From Methanomicrobiales archaeon (GTDB lineage Archaea; Halobacteriota; Methanomicrobia; Methanomicrobiales; Methanospirillaceae): a stretch of 17,831 bases of DNA. The notes under the pieces are model-generated. The model was given only the letters and a program-made list of their open reading frames with translations. It was not told the origin of the DNA and made no database searches. The first letter of the stretch is position 1, and the number at the start of each line of letters is the position of its first letter. The stretch is taken from contig JBAXJR010000045.1 in NCBI GenBank assembly GCA_037137755.1, positions 1 through 17,831 of the forward strand, written 5' to 3'. Positions 1 through 6,965 of the stretch are shown here, one piece after another. The position numbers and the translations under genes are program-made.

Positions 1-116
1 CCCCGCCCTACCAAGCCTAAAGGGCGGGGCCACACCACCGGTGCCTCCTGTCCGCTCCCTTTCGGCTTCGCGAAAGAATTTCGCTGCGGCGAAATCATGG
101 AGCGGAGGGCAGGAGG
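1..116. other. Non-coding multi-stem structured region
   Basis: Perfect stems: ccccgccct 1-9/agggcgggg 21-29; cctcctg 44-50/caggagg 110-116; tccgctcc 51-58/ggagcgga 99-106, enclosing hairpins ctttcg 59-64/cgaaag 71-76 and atttcgc 78-84/gcgaaat 89-95. Confidence 0.75.
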
Positions 117-122
117 ACCATT

Positions 123-600
123 GGTAACCTGATATATGTAAACGGGCGGCATGTTTGTCTCCTCGTTTCCTCACTACACATCGTTCCGTTCCGGGCCTCC
201 TCGCCTGCACATCACGCCCTGCCTTTTCATATTGTACCGGGGTGATACCGACGGCCATAACTTCGTCGTAAACTCCTTGTTATCGCCTGTCCTCTCGCGG
301 GTGACATGTCTGATGACAAGTCACCTTCGCGATAAACAATATCGCCCGCTTTCCGCTACCGCTTGCGGGCTACTTGTGGTGGCCGAGGCCCGGCTGATGC
401 CGTGCCACCTGCGACGGCCTGACGGAACATGATTGGATTAGGTGGGGAGCACCAGACCCAGCGACGAGGCACCCGGTTACCGAGCGAAGCGAGGTCGAGG
501 TGCCGAGGAGCGATATCGTGCCGACGGGAAAAGTACCCGCAGGGGCAGCCCTCGGAGACGGCCGGAGGCCGGCAGTGGGCTGTCCCGCAGGGAAAAATTT
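123..600 (+). repeat. Left arm of long imperfect inverted repeat (structured, non-coding)
   Basis: 337-519 is the exact reverse complement of 2819-3001 (183 bp). 500-600 matches the reverse complement of 2630-2730 at 86/101. Gapped similarity continues out to about 123 versus about 3189. Confidence 0.95.
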
Positions 601-700
601 GTCCTGGGAGATAATCTGATAAGAAAATAAATGCAATGGATTAACCGACCGGGCCGGCCGGCTGAATATTGCAACGTGTTCAAAGCCGGAGATCTCCCGG

Positions 701-889
701 TCACTTACTTGAACTGTCGCGGACGAACTGGTCAAACTGTTCTTGACTGATCCTCCACTCGGCCCCAACCCGGACCGCTCCGAGTTTTTGTTTTGCAATC
801 AATGACCGCACGGTCTGGACATGGACACGGAGCATCGCGGCCACTTCGGCGACCGTATAAAATTGAGGACTAGGGGGTGCCTTGACCAT
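701..889 (-). CDS. Excisionase-like helix-turn-helix DNA-binding protein (HTH_17 / MerR-like)
   Basis: 62 aa with FYTVAEVAAMLRVHVQTVRSLI...LGAVRVGAEWRI, the typical excisionase-family pattern; last gene of the small-gene operon. Confidence 0.88.
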   Translation of the reverse strand: MVKAPPSPQFYTVAEVAAMLRVHVQTVRSLIAKQKLGAVRVGAEWRISQEQFDQFVRDSSSK

Positions 890-898
890 GGATAGTAC

Positions 899-1339
899 TT
901 AGTCCTCCCCGGGGAGCATAATGGTAATCACCGGCTCGCTGTCGTCACCCGGTCCGCATACCGCTTTCAGTTCGACGATTTCTCCACCCCTGATTTGCAC
1001 AATTCCGCTTGACCTGGCTTTCTCCCTGAGGAGTTCAAAGGCTACCCGGAATATGATAACGCTGCTCCCCCTGGATTTCATGGCAGCTAATCGAAGCATC
1101 CAGAGCAGATCCCATAGCCGGCCGATCTCGTCTTGGTCCGGCATCTTTTCGAGATAGTGGGGGCTGACATATCCGCCCCATACTGCCCGGGTCATTGCGA
1201 CCGGGATGGAGATCCCGGCCTGCCGGGTGAGGACCTCGGGAGCTGCAATCAGTTCGCCATCCCGCAGGCCATCGGCCCGGGTGTACCGGCTGATGATGTC
1301 CTCTTCGGTCCAGAAGGTTTGAGGGGTTGAAGTGGCCAT
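899..1339 (-). CDS. DUF6573-like mobile-element protein
   Basis: Motifs ISRYTRADGLRDGELI, QDEIGRLWDLLW and C-terminal GPGDDSEPVITIMLPGED resemble the plasmid/ICE family I recall as DUF6573. RBS GAGGTG upstream. Confidence 0.75.
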   Translation of the reverse strand: MATSTPQTFWTEEDIISRYTRADGLRDGELIAAPEVLTRQAGISIPVAMTRAVWGGYVSPHYLEKMPDQDEIGRLWDLLWMLRLAAMKSRGSSVIIFRVAFELLREKARSSGIVQIRGGEIVELKAVCGPGDDSEPVITIMLPGED

Positions 1340-1342
1340 CCC

Positions 1343-1672
1343 TCACACCTCCGCATGAAAACCACATTCGCAGCAGTCATACCCGGCGAAGTAATTCACG
1401 GACCCGGCCCGCTCTGGTTCTCCCTGGTCTTCTGTACCGGTTATATGGTCCTCGGTGGGGACAACTGCACCGCAACTTTCGCAGACCTCCGCACCTGCAG
1501 GAAGATCGCACCCATCGATCGCATACCTGGCGTCGCTGTTGTATCGCTGGCAATGGTGATAGGGGAGTTTCCCATTTTCTCGTATGCAGGTGTATTGGGA
1601 ACAATCGGAACACCGGGAAGAAAGGATTGGGTGCATTGGCCGGTGTGGCTGCCATACCGAATTTGAACCCAT
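1343..1672 (-). CDS. Cys-rich hypothetical protein, probable Zn-binding
   Basis: 109 aa with CSDC, CESC and CCEC motifs. ATG immediately follows the upstream TGA, with GGAGGTG RBS. Confidence 0.6.
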   Translation of the reverse strand: MGSNSVWQPHRPMHPILSSRCSDCSQYTCIRENGKLPYHHCQRYNSDARYAIDGCDLPAGAEVCESCGAVVPTEDHITGTEDQGEPERAGSVNYFAGYDCCECGFHAEV

Positions 1673-1888
1673 TCAAGCCACCTCCGTGATTAGTGCTCCA
1701 AAGTCCAGCAGCCCCGATTGAGTGAGGACGAGGACCATATTTCCCTCAAAGACAATCCGGTCGTTGCCTTCGCGCCACCCTTCGACAATTTTAACCGCGT
1801 GATCCCGTGCCCCTTCTCTGGTCGGGAAGGTGTGGGGGTCCATGCCCTCACCTTTCACCAGGTCAATCTCATAGACAACGAATGACAT
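1673..1888 (-). CDS. Hypothetical protein (71 aa, MSFVVYEIDL...)
   Basis: Start moved from 1987 to the ATG at 1888, which overlaps the upstream stop (TGATG) and has a GGGGTG RBS. Confidence 0.65.
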   Translation of the reverse strand: MSFVVYEIDLVKGEGMDPHTFPTREGARDHAVKIVEGWREGNDRIVFEGNMVLVLTQSGLLDFGALITEVA

Positions 1889-2136
1889 CAGGCCACCCCT
1901 GCCAGCTCGCGGGCCATCTGGCATTTGTCCATTGCAGCACATGATCCCGACAAGGAGCAGGACCGGTACCGGGGACAACCAATACAAGGTCCCTGGAACT
2001 CGAATTGGTTTTCAATTTCGCGTGCCTGGTATTCAAGATCCTGTGCGTCGAACTCGATCGCGGTTGCCTGCTTCTGTAACCGGGCAGATTCGCCCCGGAG
2101 GCTTGCGATGAGTGCTGCCTCTTCTGCTGGTATCAT
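1888..2136 (-). CDS. Hypothetical coiled-coil plus Cys-cluster protein (82 aa, MIPAEEAAL...)
   Basis: Start moved to the ATG at 2136 (ATGA overlap with upstream gene, GGAGGTG RBS). Heptad-like helix followed by CIGC..C..C..C. Confidence 0.65.
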   Translation of the reverse strand: MIPAEEAALIASLRGESARLQKQATAIEFDAQDLEYQAREIENQFEFQGPCIGCPRYRSCSLSGSCAAMDKCQMARELAGVA

Positions 2137-2519
2137 GCCGGCACCTCCTGAGGTGCCGTTGATCCCGTTGCAATTGTTGCCGGGATCCATTCGATCGTGG
2201 AGATGTTCGCGAATTTGCGGGACCCCGCGACCGTTGCTCTCATATGCGAGAGTGGGGAAATGTATCGCCGGTCTTTAATCTGATACATGACGGCCCGGCC
2301 GGACCCGTTGATCCATGCCTGACCCGCTTCGACAGGTTCGCCAGTGTTGTTCCAGACCGGGGCCATGTCCCACACGGTTACACGCGACCGGTCCTCTACC
2401 AGGCGTGATACATCAGAGCGGGCAATTGCTGCCTGGATGATTTTCACATCGATTCTCAACATGCCGCCGGACAATTTCACGGTTCCGACGTGCTCAATAT
2501 TGGGAAAAAATCTTTGCAA
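2133..2519 (-). CDS. Hypothetical protein, first gene of small-gene operon
   Basis: 128 aa, TTG start preceded by GGTGA RBS and a TATA-like box; coupled to the downstream gene. Confidence 0.65.
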   Translation of the reverse strand: MQRFFPNIEHVGTVKLSGGMLRIDVKIIQAAIARSDVSRLVEDRSRVTVWDMAPVWNNTGEPVEAGQAWINGSGRAVMYQIKDRRYISPLSHMRATVAGSRKFANISTIEWIPATIATGSTAPQEVPA

Positions 2520-2554
2520 CGTGTTCTTTCACCACATACTATGTCTACTTGTGA

Positions 2555-2570
2555 GGTTATATATCGTCTC
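2555..2570 (-). promoter_or_regulatory. Putative archaeal TATA box for the small-gene operon
   Basis: Minus strand reads gagacgATATATAAcc about 40 nt upstream of the 2519 start, in an AT-rich intergenic stretch. Confidence 0.5.
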
Positions 2571-2629
2571 CATGCGTGGTGTGAAAGTGAATGTCGTCTT
2601 ATATCGTTGCATAACAAAGATAAAAATAG

Positions 2630-3189
2630 AAATTTTGCCCTGCGGGAAGGCCCACTGCCGGCCTTCGGCCGTCTCCGAGGGCCGTCCCTCCGGGTTCTTG
2701 ATCTGTCGGTACGCTATCGGTCCTCGGCACCGCGACGGCCTGCCGGCCGTTAACGGGTGCCGTCGTCCCTGGTTGTTCTTGTTGTCCCGGGCCGGATGGA
2801 ATTCTGCAGGATCCAAAAACGATATCGCTCCTCGGCACCTCGACCTCGCTTCGCTCGGTAACCGGGTGCCTCGTCGCTGGGTCTGGTGCTCCCCACCTAA
2901 TCCAATCATGTTCCGTCAGGCCGTCGCAGGTGGCACGGCATCAGCCGGGCCTCGGCCACCACAAGTAGCCCGCAAGCGGTAGCGGAAAGCGGGCGATATT
3001 GCCTACCGCGAAGGTGTCTTGTCATCAGACATGGCACCCGCGAGAGAGCAGGCGATAACGAGGTGCATAGCAACGAAGTTATGGCCGTCATTACCACCCC
3101 GGTCCAGTCTGAAAAACAAGGGCATGATGTGAGTGGAGGAGGTACGACGGAGCGAACATTCTGCCCGATTAAACGTATCCGGTTAAACC
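2630..3189 (-). repeat. Right arm of long imperfect inverted repeat, with a 108-bp internal insertion/duplication
   Basis: Reverse complement of 123-600. The alignment register shifts by 108 bp between the 2819-3001 block and the 2630-2730 block; 2711-2772 is a diverged tandem copy of 2819-2880. Confidence 0.95.
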
Positions 3190-3202
3190 GCAGGACAAGG
3201 AA

Positions 3203-3242
3203 GCACCTCGGAGACGAGACCCGAAGGTCTCGGCAGTGGTGC
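3203..3242 (+). repeat. Third copy of the structured TCGGAGAC-hairpin-GGCAGT motif
   Basis: gcacc-TCGGAGAC-gagacc(cgaa)ggtctc-GGCAGT-ggtgc: same loop sequences as 548-580(+) and 2650-2682(-), with different but still complementary stems. Confidence 0.85.
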
Positions 3243-3449
3243 GACCGATTCCAAGAGTCGTTATCCCTTTCTGCGATAGTAATTCCTGGACAACATCGGG
3301 GCGGAGGCCCGTGCGGCCGGGGGGTCCGCGACCCCTCCGTGAAGCACACCACCCGTAAATAAAAATGCCATGGCCTCCACATCAACGCTATTCGACCCAG
3401 AAAAGCAGCATCACCACGATATCACAATAGATCGAAATCGAATCATTCC

Positions 3450-3484
3450 ACAAACAAAAAAAAGAACAAAAAATAAGAGAAAAT
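3450..3484 (-). terminator. Oligo-T archaeal terminator of the replication operon
   Basis: Several A-runs on the plus strand (T-runs on the minus strand) immediately after the last coupled ORF. Confidence 0.6.
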
Positions 3485-3494
3485 CGGAAACTTT

Positions 3495-3656
3495 CTACTC
3501 TGTGTGATTCTGCTTGTCCGGTATAATTTCATGCTCAATGAAATACCGGGAACCTTGCAGGGTCCGGGACCCCGGGGGTAATGGGATCTTTTCACTCAAT
3601 TCATCCCGGTTATACAATGAACAAGTCACAGGTTCATGGTTGCGTGGCATTGTCAT
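3495..3656 (-). CDS. Small hypothetical protein (53 aa, MTMPRNHEPV...QNHTE), not in ORF track
   Basis: Translated by hand. ATG overlaps the upstream TAA (TAATG), GGTGA RBS, and its TAG is followed directly by the T-tract terminator. Confidence 0.45.
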   Translation of the reverse strand: MTMPRNHEPVTCSLYNRDELSEKIPLPPGSRTLQGSRYFIEHEIIPDKQNHTE

Positions 3657-4294
3657 TATTCACCTGGTGTATTGTGCGAAAGTGATAGTTTCATCACATA
3701 GTTTCTGACAACCTGTCTCGAAACGCCCAACTCTTTTGCAGCTTCGGCATACCCTGCGTCAGGATGTTCCTGGTAATAGTTGACAATTTTGTTTCGCACG
3801 TTTAGACGGTTATCCGGTTTAGTTTCGGATATTCCGGATTCGTTTCCATTCCTGACAACGGGTTTGACAACAGGTTCGTCAGCCTCCAACATTTCCGAAA
3901 CGTTGTCACGGTGCCGAAAGTGTGTGCGAAGTACCCCCATTTCAATTTCAAACGACAGGAAACACACGACCGGTGCGAGTGCATGGGCCGCCCAGCTTAA
4001 CACACTCGGATCTGCCCGGGTAATGTTGAACCCGGTTGATACCAGGGTAACGCCAATTACCACGACCCACGCGATCGTTGTCGGTTCGTTGTTCAGTTCC
4101 CTGCGTATCACGTCAAGACTTGCAATTGTCATAAACGCGTCAAGGAGCAGGGGCCATAGCCATACCCACGGATAAGTAATCCCACCGGCGGTCGCAACGT
4201 CAACCAGGGACACATAAGAAATTGTGAAAGAAGAAAGCCAGATCACCACCAAAAAGCCCGAAGTGGCATAAAGGATAGTCCGTGACGCCTTCAT
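3656..4294 (-). CDS. DUF2637-like membrane protein with C-terminal HTH
   Basis: About 4 hydrophobic segments with SFTISYVSLVDVA and WLWPLLLDA motifs like DUF2637 proteins; C-terminal YAEAAKELGVSRQVVRNY HTH. Confidence 0.7.
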   Translation of the reverse strand: MKASRTILYATSGFLVVIWLSSFTISYVSLVDVATAGGITYPWVWLWPLLLDAFMTIASLDVIRRELNNEPTTIAWVVVIGVTLVSTGFNITRADPSVLSWAAHALAPVVCFLSFEIEMGVLRTHFRHRDNVSEMLEADEPVVKPVVRNGNESGISETKPDNRLNVRNKIVNYYQEHPDAGYAEAAKELGVSRQVVRNYVMKLSLSHNTPGE

Positions 4295-6804
4295 GGTTCA
4301 CCGTCGGGTTCTTTCAGGACTGCAAATGACGAGTGGGTTAACAGGTTACTCTTCAATTTTGATGGACAGAAAACAACGTTGCATTGAATCCTCCGGTCAT
4401 GGTCCCGTGAACACGGTATTGACTGTTTTTCGACTACCAACCCCGGGACCTTGTTGACCAGGCCTGCCTTGCCGTCCGTTCCATACAACAGGCGCCGGAT
4501 CCTCATCCGTGTACTAGTTCCCCAACCTTCGAGTATCTCGCGTTCGGTCATCCCCTCCACTTTGCAGTGGTCCGCCATCCAGTCTAATAATGCACGTTCA
4601 TCTTTGCTTAACCGGAATTGCCGGGTATTTTCACTTGCCGTGAAGATCTCGGATGCCGTCCTGAAGTCTTCAGTGGTCGCGGTAAGTTCGATAATGTCGT
4701 CTGTTTTTACCTGTTCACGCCGGGTGAAATGGATCACCGCCGACGCCTGGATGAAATCAAACAACATGATCATATCGCGCCGGGCGTCCATGTCGGAAAA
4801 GATAATGCTGTCGCTGAACGGGATTTTTACCCGGAATACCTGGGACTTCATAATCCGCAATATTTCGCGGCATACCCGTACTTCATGGGTAACCGGGTAC
4901 TCTTCCCGGCCGGTCTTCATCCGGTCTTTTAAAAACTGGGCGAACGTTACGCCGGCCTCTTTGTTCGGTGCAAGTGATAACCGGTACTGCCGGTCTAATA
5001 TTTCGTCGTCGCCGGTATCGTAGACACCGGTAAAGATGAACGTGACCCGCTCGGGTATTTTCACCCGTTTCGATTCGATTTTACCTGAATCTGTCTTTTC
5101 AACGGTCAGGTGTTCGGTCCCGGTCTGAAATTTTGACATAGCCCGCTTGATCGTGCTTGAAAGATCGGGCGGTAATGTTGAAGTTTCGTCAGAGAACACC
5201 ACGCACCCAGGGCGGATCCGGCTGTCGTAAAACAGGGCTTTGTTAGAAAAACTCGTATCAAAAACAAATTCCGGTGGGTACAGGTGGATCGCCGCCCGGG
5301 CCCCAGAAGTCTTACCTGCACCCTTCCTCCCGTCCAATCCGGGTTGAATGCCTGTTGTAGTGGTAGCGCATTGAACCGCCCAGGAACACAGGAATACTTT
5401 TCCTATCTCCTCGTCGCCGGAATGCAGCGTTGAAAATGTTTCAGAGAAGTATTTGATGGGGTCTCCTTCCGTCAGGACCGTTAACGCCTCGGCATGAACT
5501 TCTTCATCCGTGGTTACCTTTGGCGGTTCTTCCACGGGTACCAGATCGGATATGGCCCGTTCGAAGAGTGATTTTAACTCAGTAGTTTCGATGGGTGGAT
5601 CGCACCGCTTCAGGTTGAACGCTACAACTTTATCGAGTGCCAACGCCGGTTTGTCGCGACCTTTGGCCGTTCGGAATGCATACCTGATGTATGTTATCAG
5701 GTTGTCGTTGCGGGTTCCACCGGTGAACTTTTCTTTTGACTTCTCTAATTGCAATCCTTCGATCTGGTCAACGGTGACTGAAGAAGCAGGTTCCTTCCCG
5801 TTACCGGTGGGACGACCAATTTCCTTACAGGTTGGTAATTGTCCCACGCGTTCCGTTTTAGGCTCGCGGGTAACAGAATATCCCCGCTTAATTAATTCCT
5901 GGTTTAGTGCTTCCATCTTATTGCGGTCTTTCAGTACACCGGGCCGGGCCTCGTCACAGCTGATGATCCCGCTTTCCACGGCGATCCATAGTAACGGGTC
6001 CCCGCCGGAATTGCACCGCCAGCAATGCCAGGTGTTTTTCTGGCTGTTGACGGAAAAGTTGGTCCCGCTTGTGGACCCGTGGACCGGGTTCCCACCGATG
6101 GTCTCATTCCCTGAACGTCTCGCATTGTCGGGCCTGCATGTATCCGCAATATCAAGGTTCAGGCTCTCCGTAAGTGTCTGGTAATGAGTAACACGCCTGG
6201 GTGATTTGGGTACTGGTTCCTTGCTCGACGTGTTGACCCGCGAAATGAGGGTATCAAACAGTTGGTCCCAGGTAATTTTCTTGATCGGTAGATCAACGGC
6301 GACCGTGTAAAGGTCCCCCGATGGATGCACCGACCCCGGGCCGACAACATACCCTGCCCCCTTGTCGGGGTGCTGGGCGTATACTTCACCCAGGTGTTGA
6401 TCGTCGGGGCCGAACATCACCGTTTTTCCTTCGATTCCCGGACATTCCAGATAAATATGATATTTCCGTCTCTCGGGCGTACTGCTCCCGCTTTCTACGG
6501 TGAATGTTTCGCCGTCGATACCGGTAAGGGCGCCACTATCATGCAGGGCCTGGTATTCGTCAACGTCGATGATCACCACCGGTGAACCGGATGCCGGAAA
6601 TACACCATAATTCCAGTGTTCGTTGAGAAAAAAATCAAATACCGGGTTATCCCATGGATAATTTTTATCCCGGTTCCACCCCTGCTCATTTTCGGGACCG
6701 CCCTTCGATTTCCTCGGCATTCTGATAAACCGGAGGTCTTCACGCCTGAGCTGTTCGGGTATCCTGTCAGACAGAACCGGGTTGTTTGCCGGGGCAACGC
6801 TCAA
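4291..6804 (-). CDS. Replication protein: Prim-Pol (AEP) + zinc-finger-like + PriCT-like + P-loop NTPase/helicase-like domains
   Basis: NYGV..VIIDVD, TFTVESGS, YHIY and GYVVGPGSVHPSG (Prim-Pol); HGSTSGTNFSVN..WHCWRC..GGD (CHC2-like); GTRNDNL..FNLKRCDPP (PriCT-1-like); Walker A GRKGAGKT and Walker B VVFSDE. Start placed at TTG 6804 (TTGA overlap) rather than ATG 6852. Confidence 0.88.
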   Translation of the reverse strand: MSVAPANNPVLSDRIPEQLRREDLRFIRMPRKSKGGPENEQGWNRDKNYPWDNPVFDFFLNEHWNYGVFPASGSPVVIIDVDEYQALHDSGALTGIDGETFTVESGSSTPERRKYHIYLECPGIEGKTVMFGPDDQHLGEVYAQHPDKGAGYVVGPGSVHPSGDLYTVAVDLPIKKITWDQLFDTLISRVNTSSKEPVPKSPRRVTHYQTLTESLNLDIADTCRPDNARRSGNETIGGNPVHGSTSGTNFSVNSQKNTWHCWRCNSGGDPLLWIAVESGIISCDEARPGVLKDRNKMEALNQELIKRGYSVTREPKTERVGQLPTCKEIGRPTGNGKEPASSVTVDQIEGLQLEKSKEKFTGGTRNDNLITYIRYAFRTAKGRDKPALALDKVVAFNLKRCDPPIETTELKSLFERAISDLVPVEEPPKVTTDEEVHAEALTVLTEGDPIKYFSETFSTLHSGDEEIGKVFLCSWAVQCATTTTGIQPGLDGRKGAGKTSGARAAIHLYPPEFVFDTSFSNKALFYDSRIRPGCVVFSDETSTLPPDLSSTIKRAMSKFQTGTEHLTVEKTDSGKIESKRVKIPERVTFIFTGVYDTGDDEILDRQYRLSLAPNKEAGVTFAQFLKDRMKTGREEYPVTHEVRVCREILRIMKSQVFRVKIPFSDSIIFSDMDARRDMIMLFDFIQASAVIHFTRREQVKTDDIIELTATTEDFRTASEIFTASENTRQFRLSKDERALLDWMADHCKVEGMTEREILEGWGTSTRMRIRRLLYGTDGKAGLVNKVPGLVVEKQSIPCSRDHDRRIQCNVVFCPSKLKSNLLTHSSFAVLKEPDGEP

Positions 6805-6965
6805 TCGTGACCACACCCGCCCGTCCCACGTTTCAATGGCGTACAGGTGCATTGCGGGGTTCCGGTCTGGTTTTCCGGATCCCTTTCAGCCCGGTTCTTA
6901 CCAGCTATCTCATACCCACAATCGCCACAAATGATGTTTGCCAATTCCCGGGCCTTTGCTGTCAT
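6801..6965 (-). CDS. Small Cys-rich protein (54 aa, MTAKARELANIICGDCGY...CTC...CGHD), not in ORF track
   Basis: Translated by hand. ATGA overlap with the upstream stop and TTGA overlap with the Prim-Pol start; fills the apparent gap exactly. Confidence 0.6.
   Translation of the reverse strand: MTAKARELANIICGDCGYEIAGKNRAERDPENQTGTPQCTCTPLKRGTGGCGHD

Noticed and set aside
193-210. gcctcctcgc resembling the HDV ribozyme P3/L3
   Set aside because: P3 cannot close (gcc versus tgc), no P1/P2 partners were found, and it is not conserved in the right arm.
310-340. CTGATGA, a possible hammerhead ribozyme core, in both repeat arms
   Set aside because: No stem II followed by GAAA and no matching stem I/III arrangement.
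151-704. ORFs 151-432, 429-614, 442-630 and 477-704, and their counterparts 2529-2909, 2906-3385 and 2344-2982 with shared peptide text
   Set aside because: The shared peptides simply reflect the DNA repeat. Frames are not preserved across indels, composition is Arg/Pro/Gly-rich, and substitutions track base pairing rather than codons.
2786-2814. Cluster of SmaI, EcoRI, PstI and BamHI sites resembling a polylinker
   Set aside because: No other vector sequence, and it sits in a palindrome-rich natural region; probably chance, though read support for this junction is worth checking.
123-3189. Inverted repeats as IS/transposon terminal repeats or a CRISPR array
   Set aside because: No transposase, no target-site duplication or sharp ends, and no regularly spaced repeat-spacer units.
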